From Octopus vulgaris (Eukaryota), in the NCBI GenBank assembly GCA_951406725.2, contig OX597820.1, forward strand, positions 16,864,001-16,928,000: a DNA stretch of 64,000 nucleotides. Direction: 5' to 3'. Position 1 is the stretch's first letter; every line of letters starts with the position of its first letter. The translations under genes were made by a program, and so were the position numbers. Positions 1 to 15,065 of this stretch are shown piece by piece. The notes below the pieces were generated by a model that had not been told where the DNA came from, did no database searches, and saw only the letters and a program-made list of their open reading frames with translations.

Positions 1-592
1 ACCCCAAAAATATCGAAGCATACACCACAATCATACAAAACATCAGTCTACTGTCAACAGAACCAAAAATGAAAAACATTATAAACACACACAAAATCCT
101 CAAATGTAAAAGGCAACACAAATTTAAAAAAAACTCTTGACAAATACCAAACTTCACACACCACATCCACCCCCAGCAGTTAAAAAATGTGCACGCCCAA
201 ACTGTGACACCTGCCCCTTCCTACTTGAAGGCTCTGAATTTATCTTCAAACAAGGAACGAAGTTTAAAATCAAGACCAACTTCTCCTGTTCCTCCGAGAA
301 CCTTATCTACGTTCTCACATGCGCCGGTTGCCAACATAATTATGTTGGACAAACGAGCCTCCCGTTATGTAAAAGATTAGCGGTGTATAAAGAACAAATA
401 AATCTCCCGGAATACCGGCAAATCCCACTGAGTGACCACATAGACTCATGCGCTAAAGACAAAAATCCCAAATTCTACATATTCCCCTTCTACGAATGTA
501 AAGACGGAATCAACACACAGGAGAGAATTAACAAGGAGAATCTCTTTATAGAAAAATTCAAAACGCATCTTAATATGCAAACTCCTCGTTGA
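1..592 (+). mobile_element. Penelope-like element, C-terminal GIY-YIG endonuclease fragment (ORF 137-592; upstream part runs off the window)
   Basis: Cys linker CARPNCDTC, then NLIYVLTC-x6-YVGQT-x6-R and C-terminal E/N (RINKENLFIEKFKTHLN), as in PLE GIY-YIG domains. Confidence 0.85.
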
Positions 593-699
593 TCATACTT
601 CTTTTTTCTACCTCATTCTTCATGGATAGACTAACACAAATATATAAGGATACCATGCAGTCATCACTTCAAGCTAAAACTTATATTCTTTAAATATCA

Positions 700-703
<4 letters not shown>

Positions 704-773
<70 letters not shown>
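704..773. repeat. (ATT)n microsatellite flanking the family D element
   Basis: Direct reading; a matching (ATT)n run lies at about 1484-1590. Confidence 0.95.
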
Positions 774-1588
<815 letters not shown>

Positions 1589-2304
1589 TTTATTATATAT
1601 GACATAACAATCTGAAATGTAATTATAAATTGATTTATGCAAATCTATATAATTAGAAAACAATATAAATAAAGTGTTAAAAATCTGAATGTAAAGTTAG
1701 CAAACAATTATATAAAAAAAAGATAATGCAAATGAAGCTAAAATGATAATTATATAATTTAAGGTTTACTAACACCCTTTATTACAAAAAAAAATTGATA
1801 AACACAAATTGAAGAGCTTAAAACCCATAGAGTTGTCTCCCCTTATTCACAGTACAGGAACTGGACTACTACTTCCTGTTTTGCCATTCACTTAAGAGAC
1901 ACCCTTAATTAAATTAAACAACACATGGATTTAATCCCATGGATCTCAATATTTCAAGGTAATTTTTTCGTGAACTATCATTAAACTCAAGATACACAAA
2001 GACTTTACAATGCATCGGAGTACCTATTTTTTAATTTTTGTATATATTTATTATTATTTTCTTGCAAAAAACAATGTAATTTTTTTTCCCCCGCCTCAAA
2101 TTAAAAAAAAAAATTTTTCTTTACAATTCTTGAAAAGTCACATTATGACGAAAACCGGTTTTAATTAATATATATATATTTTATCAATTTTTCAAAATTT
2201 CCCATACACCCATTTTCATTAAAATTTTCTTTCAATTTAGCATTCTGCCTTTTTACAATTTTTCCTTGCCTATCATTTCTCCACGTGCGGTCAACACAAC
2301 CCCA

Positions 2305-2358
<54 letters not shown>

Positions 2359-2380
2359 ATACACACACACATATATATTT

Positions 2381-2430
<50 letters not shown>

Positions 2431-2431
2431 T

Positions 2432-2672
2432 CAGGGTTGTCCAAAGGTCTCTCGTCAGTAACTCAAAATTCCATAAATACTTAATATTCAATTTCATTTA
2501 TTCATTCCATTTATGAATGTTTAATTATTGAATGCTGTGAGTTAAGAAAATCACCGTTTTGTTTTCAACATTTGCCTATTTATTAGCGAAGTCTCATATA
2601 AAATAATTTTTTGTCTTAATCTTGCAATTAAATGGGTTTATATATTCTGTCAGGCGATTTTGGCCAACCTTG
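2432..2672. mobile_element. Possible Tc1/mariner-type MITE
   Basis: Imperfect terminal inverted repeats CAGGGTTGTCCAAAG / TTTTGGCCAACCTTG, right end followed by TA. Confidence 0.35.
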
Positions 2673-2689
2673 TATATACATACATATAT

Positions 2690-2788
<99 letters not shown>

Positions 2789-3116
2789 TACATACGCACA
2801 TATATGTATATAATCAACTTGCACTCTCCCTTTAAACTGATGGCCTTGTGCCACAATTTGAAACCGTTTACTATATTACTGTTCAGTTGTTGTATATATA
2901 CATACGGTACAGTGTATGTCTAAAAATTGATATTTGCCTGCATAGACGTGGCTGTATTACATATTTTTAGAAAAACAAATTTTGCCTGAAAGTATCGAAA
3001 TTTATAGCACGAAAATCAATAGGAGAAATATCATTCGCTCCAGAATTGTGTGTTCTGGCAAGATTTTCAAGAACCCTGAATTCCGCAACGAGGGATCGGC
3101 AGGTATTGATAAAATG

Positions 3117-3117
<1 letters not shown>

Positions 3118-3178
<61 letters not shown>

Positions 3179-3343
3179 GTATATATATATGTATATATAT
3201 ACATGTATATATATGTATATATATGTATATATATATGCATTCATGTGTATGTATATAAATATAATATATATATATATGTATATATATATATACATATATA
3301 TATACATATGAATATATATATATACATATACACATGTATGCAC

Positions 3344-3386
<43 letters not shown>

Positions 3387-3441
3387 TATATCTACATTAA
3401 AAATACATGTATATTCATACACACACATATATATATTCGTG

Positions 3442-3478
<37 letters not shown>

Positions 3479-3544
3479 GTGTGTCTCTCTTTCTCCTTTC
3501 CCCATACTCTCTCTCCGTGTATACACACTCGCACGTATACTTCT

Positions 3545-3604
<60 letters not shown>

Positions 3605-3630
3605 ATATACACATATGTATCTATATATAT
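3118..3630. repeat. Compound (TA)n/(CA)n microsatellite block
   Basis: Direct reading. Confidence 0.95.
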
Positions 3631-4029
3631 CTCTGTATAAACATATACTTAAAACAAGTGTTTGAAAACATAAGCAACATTTAATATAATAAATAAACCC
3701 TGTAGCCGAGAGAGGTTTTATATCTAATTCGGGAATGTCATATCAAAACTCAGTATGATGTAAATTATTGCACATAAGGAAGAGATGCATGTTTTGTCCC
3801 CCAGCATGTGTTTATTTGTACCTTTTACGAAATTCTGTTGGTGTTTTTGCGCGTGCACGAGCGCGCGCGTGTTAATCAACCTTTGTGAAAACGAATTTAT
3901 ATAAACAGCTTAGCGCTATTTGTGTTAGCTTTTATTTAAGTTTTGTATATTAGATCAACCACCAAGAGTTTATTCCGCAGGGCAGTTTTGCAAATTTGTA
4001 ATTTCTATTCTGTATTTATATGCGCGTGA

Positions 4030-4113
<84 letters not shown>

Positions 4114-4366
4114 GTGTGCGCGTGTGTGTGAGGGTTCATATTTGTTTGTATACGTGTTGCTGTGTAAGTGGGTGTTGATGCGGGTGCATATGCATATGTC
4201 CGGATGTGAGAATGCTTCCGCATATCTGCATGGTTGGTGTGTTAGAGTTTCACATTTTCATGCTAATTAGTATGTGTGACTGAATAGATGCACTTGTATA
4301 CCTTTCCTTTTAGCCTGTGTTCTTAGGCATTACTGCTGGGGTTTATTATTATTATTATTATTATTA

Positions 4367-4411
<45 letters not shown>

Positions 4412-4663
4412 CATAGTCGTATTTTATTTGCAGTTTTCCACTGCACATCCGAGTGCAGATAGTGTGCTTTGAGGATATGCATCATTTTACATTGGGTTTA
4501 TATTTTATTTGGTATCAAGAGCATTTCACAGTTCATTATTTCTTGAGGAATCAGTACTAGTTCAGAATAGCATTCCGTATACGTTACTTAATGTGGATAT
4601 ACTATTGAAAGTCTCAAAACTACAGCCCTAATCTTGAGAAATTATCTCGTATAGACCTATAGT

Positions 4664-4920
4664 CTTTTACTCTTTTACTTGTTTCAGTTATTTGACTGTG
4701 GCCATGCTGGAGCACCGCCTTTAGTCGAGCAAATGGACTCCAGGACTTATTTTTTATAAGCCTAGTACTTATTCTATTGATCTCTTTTGCCGAACAGCTA
4801 TGTTACGTGGACGTAAACATACCAGCATCGGTTGTCAAGCAATGTTGGGAGAACAGACACAGACACACAAACATATGCACACACATTCATATATATATAT
4901 ACATATATATGACGGACTTC
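4664..4920 (-). mobile_element. SINE family A, 3' part
   Basis: Matches the 3' half of 35374-35849 (CTTGTTTCAGT...GGAGCACCGCCTTTAGTCGAGCAAA). Confidence 0.85.
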
Positions 4921-4943
4921 TTGTAAATTTGAGAAACTATGTA

Positions 4944-5177
4944 CATATTTCTTTATTGCCCACAAGGGGCTAAACACAGAGAGGACAAACAAGGTCAGAC
5001 GAAGGGATTAAGTCGATTATATCGACCCCAGTGCGTAACTGGTACTTATTTAATCGACCCCGAAAGGATGAAAGGCAAAGTCGACTTCGGCGGAATTTGA
5101 ACTCAGAACGTAACGGCAGACGAAATACCGCTAAGCATTTCGCCCGGCGCGCTAACGTGTTTGCCAGATCGCCGCCT
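4944..5177 (-). mobile_element. SINE family C, full length with 16-bp target-site duplication
   Basis: Head GGCGGCGATCTGGC, B-box-like GAGTTCAAATTCC, central GCCTTTCATCCTTTCGGGGTCGAT; TTTGAGAAACTATGTA at 4928-4943 and 5178-5193. Confidence 0.9.
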
Positions 5178-5427
5178 TTTGAGAAACTATGTATATCCTT
5201 TCAACTTAGTATTCGGAGTGTGGGGTAGGAAAGAGTTGCGATAGGTGAGGTCATTGTTACCTGAACGAAAATGGGCAGGTGTTTGGGAGGGAACAGATTA
5301 ATTAAACACATCGTATTAAGAACTAATTCTGCAAAGATATCATATTTCTTTCAGTTTGTTTTTTTACTTGATAGCTGTCTTACCATTAAGTAAAATTACA
5401 ATCTTATTTTCTGTAGAGTAGAGGGCA

Positions 5428-5470
5428 GACGTTGACATATGTTTCTGGTCCAACAGTCGTCATCAGCATC
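5428..5470 (-). ncRNA. Degenerate type I hammerhead-like motif
   Basis: gaug CUGAUGA cgacuguuggacca GAAA cauaug UC aacguc; palindromic stem III ACAUAUGU, but stems I and II are weak. Confidence 0.35.
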
Positions 5471-5676
5471 ACAGCCATCTTAACTTATTTCTATTCGACA
5501 AAGAACTAAGATTTATACGAAAAAGAGTAGAACACATTTTTTATGACGTTGGTAATTTGTTTAATTTAAACAGAGATGAAATACGAGAAACAACACGAAA
5601 AGGCCAGCGGCATGAATTTGGACAACACTGACAAACACAGGTATATCAAATACCATACAATATAGATTTTCCATTT

Positions 5677-5880
5677 ACTCTTTTACTTGTTTCAGTCATT
5701 TGACCGTGGCCATGCTGGAGTACCGCCTTTAGTCGAGCAAATCGACCCCAGGACTTATTCTATCGGTGTCTTTTGCCGAACCGCTAAGTTACGGGGACGT
5801 AAGCACACCAGCATCGGTTGTCAAGGGAACAAACACAGACACATAAACATATACACACACATACAAACACACACACACAT
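5677..5880 (-). mobile_element. SINE family A fragment
   Basis: Same 3' module as the other family A copies. Confidence 0.85.
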
Positions 5881-5940
5881 ATATATGTATGTATGTATAT
5901 GTATATATATATGTATATATATATGTATATATATATGTAT

Positions 5941-6510
5941 GTATGTATACATATATTTTATTTATTACACTATATATATATATATATATATATAGTGTAA
6001 TAAATAAAATATATGCATACATACAAACATATATGTACGTACCTACATCTACATGTATATATACATGCATATATAAATATATATACGTGAGTACAGGACA
6101 CTACAAATAGACGTATAACTCAACGAGAAACGAAAACGTAAAGACAAACATGGAAACGGACCTTTTTTTTTAACAATGAAAAAGCAGAGTACAGGACAAA
6201 CAACACAAGAATAATTCCCCTTCATCAGCTGTCCCTAGTACGACTCCATGCGTGTTTCGAAGGTGAGGACAGAACACGACTCGTCGAACTAGCCCTTCCT
6301 GCGAAAGAATTAAATAAAATTCCGTTGCAGAGGGGTAAAAACAAGGAAAGAAAAAAATGTGACAAAAACAGGACGTAAAAACGATACAAATAAAATTACA
6401 AAATAAAATACAAAATGAAAATACAATTACAAAAAAATACAGTACAAGAAATAAAGACAAACAAGAAAACAAACAATGAGGGTCTTTTTTGGCCTCGACG
6501 AAGAAAGATG
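5941..6510 (-). mobile_element. Family J non-autonomous PLE-like element, copy 1
   Basis: Homologous to about 56640-57085; inverted arms 5941-5970 and 5995-6024 around (TA)n; carries the permuted HHR. Confidence 0.7.
6217..6292 (-). ncRNA. Candidate non-circularly permuted hammerhead ribozyme, copy 1
   Basis: CUAGUUCGAC gagu CGUGU U CUGUCC uca CCUUC GAA ACACG caugga GUCGUACUAG GGACAG CUGAUGA a GGGG; stem III CGUGU/ACACG, stem I CUGUCC/GGACAG, stem II CUUC/GGGG. Confidence 0.7.
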
Positions 6511-6613
6511 TATATATATATATATGTATATATGTATGCATATATATATGTATATATATGTATACATATGTGTGTGTGTGTGTAAACATACATACATGTA
6601 TATATACATATAG

Positions 6614-6667
<54 letters not shown>

Positions 6668-6675
6668 CATACAAT

Positions 6676-6729
<54 letters not shown>

Positions 6730-7536
6730 TTGCGTAAGTATATCTGAAAAACGTCTATACAAAATTTTACACACATACGCACACATGCGCTCGCGTTCGG
6801 TTACACATGTCGATCGCTAGCCTTATAGTATCCTATAGCATACACCACATGTCTACATAATAAAGATAACGAAAGACCGGGTACAGAGTACAGAGATTCG
6901 ATTCTCCTCCGTATTAATCTAAAAGAGAAAAAAAATCTCATTCACACTTACACACGCAAACACACACACAACTACATACACACACACACAAACAAACAAA
7001 AATAAATACCGTAATTTTGGTCCGGAATTTTAGCATTGATTTTATGAGAGTCTTTCCATGATTTACACATTTATCATATACATTCACGATTCGCACAAGC
7101 TTGATTTAATTTCCCTATTGTTTCCAAACTGCTACTCATCACTTACGTTAATCTTACTGAGAAAGGTACGTAAATAAATGCCAATATTACTTCTGGAATT
7201 CTCCTAAATTCTTCCGATTTGTGCCAGAATAAGAAATCGATATGTTTGCAACAACTATTAACATTGTAAAAATGTCGTATCTATGATAATATAATGTCAA
7301 TGAATGTTCTCGTCCAACGTAAATTTTTCGGCAATTTAATTTCGGTTATTCTACCCTAAGACATTATCTCGGTTTGTTGTTTGGAATGGCGAAATATTTC
7401 AGTCCCTGAATTTATTAGCATTTTGAAAGTTCCTAGAATGTACGGCTCACAATAATTCGTTGTTTCCTTATCATAAATAATATTTGAATTAATTTGCTGA
7501 ATACATACAAATGGTTACTGAGTTTTATTCTATTAT

Positions 7537-7970
7537 TCTTTTACTTGCTTCAGTCATTGGAGTGTGGCCATGCTGGGGGTACCAACACGAAGAGTTTTGT
7601 AAATAAAATCCATCCTTGTACTTACCGGCAGTCACTGTTAACGAACCACTAAGTTACGGGAGCGTAAATAAACCAACATCGAGTAGGAGAACAAACACAT
7701 AAACATACATACATATATACATATATACACATGCACATGCACATGTATTTGTATGTATGTATGTATGTATGTATGTATGTATGTATATATGTATGTATGT
7801 GTATGTTGTGTTAGTATATATACGATGGGTTTTTATACAGTTCTCGGTTATCAAATTTCACCTACAAGGCATTGGTTGGTCAAAGGCTATAATATAAGAC
7901 ATTTGCCCAGGGTGCAGCGCAGTGGGGTTGAACCCAAAACCACGTGTCTGCAAACCAAACTTTTCACTAC
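7537..7970 (-). mobile_element. SINE family A, diverged copy
   Basis: Both modules recognisable around an internal (TACA)n tract. Confidence 0.75.
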
Positions 7971-9164
7971 CCTTATTTGTTTATAAACTCTCATCGTACC
8001 AAATGCTTTCAACATTTGCTTATTTCCTGGTGTAGCCGTTTGTTACTTTGACACACCTTAACAACAATAACCGGTAAAGTGATAATGAATTCTACTGAGA
8101 TAATTCCCCAGACCTGAACCTTACTAAGTAGAAGATCAAATCGTTCTCAGTAAACCAACAACTCTCCATTCCTTTGCCTGTCCTGTTCATCACAAGTGCC
8201 ATATTAGACATAATTCCGCGGCATCTATGCTTCATATGTTACACATTCTCAAACATTTTTTAACCCCCAGAGTAAGTTAGGGCTTATGAAAATATAGCTT
8301 TATATCACTTAGAACGCATGAAACAAGGATGAATGCCTAGGAAAAACTTATGAAAATGATTTTGAACAGACAAAGGGTTAATCGTTTCATCCTTCAAAAT
8401 TTCCGGATCCAATTTGGTTAATCTATACCCGTTTTTTCATTTGCGTCAAACTTCAGATTTTCTGTATCAGTAACCGATGGGCACTTCTGATATTTGTGCC
8501 GTGATATGTTCTAACATTAGGCAGAATTAAAATTTTGCAGAACGGTACATACTATATGAACTACATGAAGATGCAAAAAAGAAAAAAGAAAGGGAAAAAA
8601 TGCAATCATTCATTTTCATCTAGATCACGGCTTATGTAGATTTTAAAATATGTCACAGAATGCGAGAATCATGAGTGTGTAACACCAGTAAAAAAACTTA
8701 TAAGTTTATATAATTTGTTCTTAAGTAGATATGTATATTTATGTAAGTATGTATGTGTGTGTGTATGAGTGTGTGAGTATTTATATATATATATATATAT
8801 ATATAAACACATATGAGTTAGCGTAATGATAGCTTCGCTTGTTAAGAGAAGTCAATCTAGTATGTTGGGAAACCCATCAAAATAGTTTCCTTTCTTTATT
8901 GTTTCCTTGTTTTTATTTAGGATATAAGGCAGTGCCCATGACTTTTTACAATGCAAACGGATTGGTGGGAGAGAGAGATGAAGGCAAGTCTTTGTAAATT
9001 AGTGTCTCGACCCAGATGCTTGCAACTGAGTGGATTCTGCTAAAGTTACCCAAGATTGTGGTGGTGTTTAACCGGCCGACAAATTAAAACTTACACCCCA
9101 AAATGTTATATCTATCTGATATTCTTACAGTTCCACCAATCTATTCCCTTGGGTGGTAAATCTT

Positions 9165-9290
9165 ATGGACCCCGAAAAGATGAAAGGAAAACTGGCTTCG
9201 GTAGGATTTGAATTCAGAGTACAGAGAGCTGTAACAATTATCTCGAGGCTTTCTTCCCTTCGCCCTAATGTCTCTGTCAATTCACTGCCT
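9165..9290 (-). mobile_element. SINE family C, degenerate fragment
   Basis: GACCCCGAAAAGATGAAAGG...GGATTTGAATTCAGAG matches 5056-5110. Confidence 0.6.
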
Positions 9291-9309
9291 TGGAACATAG
9301 ATCGCTGCA

Positions 9310-10260
9310 CATTTGGGCAGGATGGTAAATGGTAGAAATTAGAGAGAACAATAGAACGATATAAACTAAATGTATGTTGTGCTGGAATTAGACATAGGAG
9401 AAAGTGATCAAATTATTATGACGGAAGGCAATATGTTTTTTGTCTCTGAAAGTGAAGATGATACGGGGTATGATGGAGCCCGCTTCATTCTGTATAAAAA
9501 GGCTACGCTTGCCTCCACCAAATGGAAACCATTTATTAATAACAGAATGTTTTTATTGTGTCTGGGGAGAGTCATTTTCTTTTTGGACCTTATAATGTAA
9601 CTTTGTGGAAATTTTACCGGTGAGCGTGTTACATTATAAGACGCAAAAAGAAAATTTACTCTTTCCAGACACAACAGAACATGCTTCAACACACGAACTC
9701 ATATAAAGAATCTTGCAAACCAAATCCCCAAACGAAATAGAATGTTTTTAAGGAAATGTAAAGCTAAGCATTGTAACAGCAGTTTTGTCGTTTGTTTCTC
9801 ACCAATAAATAATGCAACAAATGAAGAACAAGATTTTCCTGCCAGTTCTTGGAGGAAGGAATTGATATAATATCAGCAAGAGATATGAAAATTATTATTG
9901 GAGATCTAAATGGGAAAAGCTGACAATAGCTACTAAGGTATGGAAACAGAGGACGAGTATACGCAGGCTTGACATTGCTAAATGAATATAGTATAAGATT
10001 GATCGGCTTCTGTACTGTGCAGCCAACAATCTTATCATAAGAGATGTTTTGTTTAAACAGGAGGACAGTCATAAACACATTTGAACATCTAGAGATAAAA
10101 AAATAATGTAATCAAATAGATCTTATTTTGATAAATCGGCCATAAGATTTCTGTTTAATGTTAGAATATATCAAGGCGCAGATATAGGAAGTGCTCATCG
10201 GTTAGTGATACGGAAAAAATCGGTTTAATATTTGAAGCTAATAAAAAGGAAGAATAGATT
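9310..10260 (+). pseudogene. Decayed AP-endonuclease domain of an RTE-like LINE
   Basis: Ordered motifs across frameshifts: KIIIGDLNGK (~9890), CAANNLII (~10015), NQIDLILI (~10110), GADIGSAHRLVI (~10175; SDH motif). Confidence 0.7.
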
Positions 10261-11049
10261 AAACAGGCTGGTTCCTGAGAATTTGAAGGATGGTACAGTT
10301 TACCCTTTGCCTGTCCAAAGCATTTTTATAAGTTTGTTCCAAACGTCCATGCTTGTTTTCAAATGTTTAGTCAGACCTTGTTTCATACGTCCTGGGTAGT
10401 ACAACACTTTTTCTTACTCTAGTGGTTGAAAAAAAATTGGGAATGTATATTATGATGCAATAATGCCAAGAAAAGGTGTCCTGGGTATCAAATTCGATAT
10501 ACAAGTCAGGCAGAGTGTTAAGAATGAATTTGTAATTGAATGTCAGAATTGAAATGTAGTTGCTGAACTTCTAAAAGAAAACGCTGAGGACATCAATAGC
10601 TTATGGAAAAATGACGCCAAAGATAAAAAGAAAATAGATTTCGGATGAAACATAAGTTACTGAGGAACAAAAAGAAAAGGAAAGAATATAAATTATTGAA
10701 AGTTAGGAAGGGAATAATATAGGATATGAGACCGATTTGGTGTCAGTGATTCGACGCTTACTTATTTGACAGTCAGATACTGCACTGTTTCCCTCGTTCT
10801 ATTCTCACTTCCTCTTTTTATGAATATTTCTCTTTATGTATATGAGCAAAGGGAAAGTGTTTAATTAATTTGTAATTTCTGTCTCTCACTCCATCTCTTT
10901 CTCTCTCTCGCTATCTCCCTTTCCCTCTTTCTCTATCGCTATCTCCTCCTCTTTCTTTCTCGCTATCTCCCCCTATTTCTCTCTCGCTATCTTCCCCTCT
11001 TTCTGTCTTTCTGTCACCCTTTATTTCTGTATGTGTTCATGTGTGTCTA

Positions 11050-11430
11050 TGTCCTGGGCAAGTGTCTACTACTACAGACGTTAAGTTATGGAGAAACTTA
11101 CCTGAAGTGCCGCCGCTCCTCTTTGTTCCCACACCGTTTGACAATCAATGCTGATTGTTTACATTCTCATCATACGTATGTGTGTTTATATGTATGTGTA
11201 TGTGCGTGTGTGTGTGTGTGATGTGTGCAAGCCTTTGTTTGTTCCCATAACGCTTTACAACCGATGTCTGTTTGTTTACTTCAGCGTAATTTAGCGACTT
11301 AGCAAAAACGTCCGATAGAATGAGTGACAGGTTTTTAAAAAATGCTACGTTCTGGGGGTCGATTTGTCTTATTAAACACCTTGAAGGGGGTGCTCCAGCA
11401 TGGCCGCAGCCCAACAATTCAAACAAATGC
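11050..11430 (+). mobile_element. SINE family A, old diverged copy
   Basis: CTGGGCAAGTGTCT core and GGTGCTCCAGCATGGCCGCAG tail. Confidence 0.6.
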
Positions 11431-11759
11431 ATGATAAATAAAAATTATATCGTATGACTTTATTATAACATATGGCCACTTAATTCATCACATGATATCC
11501 CTTTAGAAATAGATATACTGAGCCACTGATACCGAGTGGTCAGAAACATGATGGCTGGAAGTGGGGACACAATGGTAGAAACTGAATCGATAATACCCCA
11601 GTTGTTAAGATCTTGGTGATTATGATGCTCCATTGTTACAACGGCCGTCGTTGTTTGATTGGTGCTAATTATTGATGCCATTATCCATTAGGATAGTTCA
11701 CTAATATCTCTGCTGCTTGATGCAAAATGAAGATATTCCCGGTTGCAATTTGCTAAGTT

Positions 11760-11970
11760 TGGTGAACTGGCGAAATCGTTAGCGTATCGGATAAAATGCT
11801 TAACTGCATTTCTCCTAGATCTTTACGTTCTGTGTTCAAATCCCGCTGAGGTTGGCGTTATCTTTCATCCTTTCAGAAGCGATAAAATAACTACCATTGA
11901 GCACTGGGTTCGATGTAATCGATCTACCAGTGGGTCTAAAATTGCTGGACTTGTACCAAACCTTGAAACA
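11760..11970 (+). mobile_element. SINE family C, diverged copy
   Basis: GAACTGGCGAAATCGTTAGC head, GTTCAAATCCC, CTTTCATCCTTTC. Confidence 0.65.
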
Positions 11971-13065
11971 ATTTCGAACAAATTTTACAAAACTGACGCA
12001 CCATTTAATTTTAGCCAACAATTTTCTTATAAATGAGAGCCTTTCAGTATTTTAAATCACATCCCTGTATCGAACAGACAATTCGATGTTGTTACACATC
12101 GCTGGTTAAAATGTTTCTCCAGTTCTTCCTTGATTGCGTTATTCTTTTCTATCTTGGCCCTAACCGTTTCACTAGATCGCCTTTCCATCGTTGACGAGGT
12201 CTCCCTAGCAGTTTTCTCCGATGTTTTAGATTCAACTCGGCAACTGCACGGATTCACCTATTGTCTGTAAACCTTGCAATAGGTAAAACATGTAGTTAAA
12301 GGTTAAAAGCATATTGTATTGCCAAAAACGAGAACAACACATAGCCGTGTTTGGCAGAAATGAATACATGAATGTAAATTGAATTAGTTAATACATATAT
12401 TATTACATTATTCACTCTCCAAGTTCTTATTTACCTATTCTTCATTAAATATCTTTGAAAAGACACAACGCTTACAATTTTGTGGACATTTACGAAATAT
12501 ATCGGTTACAATTTCACGTTGATACGCCAAGAAAAAACCGCATGCGCACATATATTTGTGAATATTCGCAACTGTGCGTCCGTTTTAGAATTTATATCTA
12601 CATATGAAAGTGTATACATGTTTACATGTATACGTATGCATGTGAACGTGTACACGTATGTGTGAGTGTCAGAGTATGTGGTGTGTCTGTGTATGTGTGT
12701 GTGTATGTGTGTGCGCATGCGTATGCGAAAGTATATCGATAATTTTGAAGATTCCTACGGAAGATTTGTTTTAGATGAAAGAACGATGAGAAAGCACATG
12801 CTGATAAAGTAAACAGGCAGCGAAGTGGATAGGAATTAGACAAATTTCCTGAAGCTTTAAAGACGCTGAGATGCTAAAGATAACGGCCGTAATTCTTCAG
12901 ACATCAAATGAAACATTTTTATAGCAACGCAGCGCAGTAAATCTTAAAATTCATGTGAAGAGCCGAACCAAGAATATACTCTGACACATACAAATACGCG
13001 TCTAAACAAACTCACGCCGTCCAGCGATATGTATACATATGTGTACGCACCTGCACTTGTGTTTA

Positions 13066-13310
13066 TGTATGTATGTATGTATGTATGTATGTATGTATGT
13101 ATGTATGTATGTATGTATGTATGTATGTATGTATCAAGAGATGCATTAATATAAATATATGTACTTGTAATCATATTCATATGTTCATATAAATTTATAC
13201 ATGTAGTGGTTCTTATCTTCGGATCCCACACATACACACACACACACATACACTCACACACACACACACACACAAGCATATGCATTCATATATATATATA
13301 TATGTACATG

Positions 13311-13344
<34 letters not shown>

Positions 13345-13481
13345 CGTATATTTATATATATATATATACATATATACATACATATACATATGTATACATT
13401 ATACATACATACACACACATACACACACACATATATGTATATAGCATATGACACTATCTCCATACTATTTTTGAAATATTC

Positions 13482-13525
<44 letters not shown>

Positions 13526-13880
13526 TAAAGACACACATGCATACTTACATACATATATATGTGTATATGTATATGAATATATATATATACATATACATAT
13601 ATGTATATATATATATGCATAGGTATACACATGTATGCATATATATGTATGGGTGTGTGTGTATGTGTATAAACGCATCACATACATATGCACATAATGT
13701 ATAAAGATATAGAAATATTGAGACACTATATACGTGTAATAAAACTAATATATATGTAACTATGTATATATGTGGATATATATTTACATATATATACGCA
13801 TGCATACGTACACACATTTTTTTTTTTATATATATATATATATATTTGTTTTATATATGATATATAGAAAATATATATAT

Positions 13881-13979
<99 letters not shown>

Positions 13980-14134
13980 ATGTATGTATATATGTAGGGT
14001 CATATATATGAATCTCTATATATATGCACAGAAATGTATATGTGTATAAAAATGTATATTTTTATTTCTATATATGTAGATATATAGACACATTTGCGCA
14101 CACACGTATACTTTTGTATGTATATGTATGTGTG

Positions 14135-14165
<31 letters not shown>

Positions 14166-14290
14166 ATATATATATTAATTTATTATTATTATTATCTTTA
14201 TTTATTATATATATATGTCTGTGTGTGTGTGTACATATGTATCTATTTGAATATGTGTATGAGTGTGCGCGTTTGTGTGTGTGTGTGTTA
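13066..14290. repeat. Long compound microsatellite / low-complexity block
   Basis: (TATG)n, (CA)n, (TA)n and (TG)n runs. Confidence 0.9.
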
Positions 14291-14729
14291 GTAGGTTATG
14301 TATCCTGTTGCTGCTGCACACATGTATGTCATGTTACGCAATATAAGCAGTAAGTTCCGAAAAGTTAAGAGGAAAGTGATAGATATGCTTACTTTATTGG
14401 CCACTTTCTGCAAAGAAACGCATAAATAATGAGATAATTAGATAATTAAATGATTAAATAAAGAAATAAATACTGAAATATTCCAGCATTTTAAACAATA
14501 ACAAATATACACGCATATACAAGCCGAATACAACGGATAGCTGCAACAGTGCAAAATCTTGCCCGTGAAATCAAAGGCTTCCCTTAAGAAAAAAAAATGG
14601 CGGACAATATCATAATGATGTATGGCTATCTCTTAGCGAGTTTCTTAATGTTTTTTTAGTAACTGCGAGTAATGCCGACTTTTAAAAGACCGTAATTAAA
14701 TTTGAATGAGAATTGCTTACAAAAATAAG

Positions 14730-14828
14730 CGTTTTAAATATTCATTTCTGTCTTTTTCGGTTCATTCTTTGTTTGTTTAGTTTTAAATATTCATTTCTGT
14801 CTTTTTCGGTTCATTCTTTGTTTGTTTA
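14730..14828. repeat. ~49-bp tandem duplication
   Basis: GTTTTAAATATTCATTTCTGTCTTTTTCGGTTCATTCTTTGTTTGTTTA occurs twice. Confidence 0.9.
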
Positions 14829-14967
14829 TTGTATTTGGTTCTGTTTTTTTTTTGCTTTTTGTTATTTGCTCGTTTTATTTCTCTTTTAAGATTGCCGTTT
14901 ATACCCGAGATGAAACATTGAAACATTTCGTATTTCACTATTTCTAATATATGCTTGTATTATTTGT

Positions 14968-15065
<98 letters not shown>

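Noticed and set aside
6217-6265. Reading family J as an ordinary type II hammerhead cutting at GAGUC
   Set aside because: The segment between GUC and CUGAUGA forms no stem I hairpin in either copy, whereas the permuted pairing has longer stems with covariation
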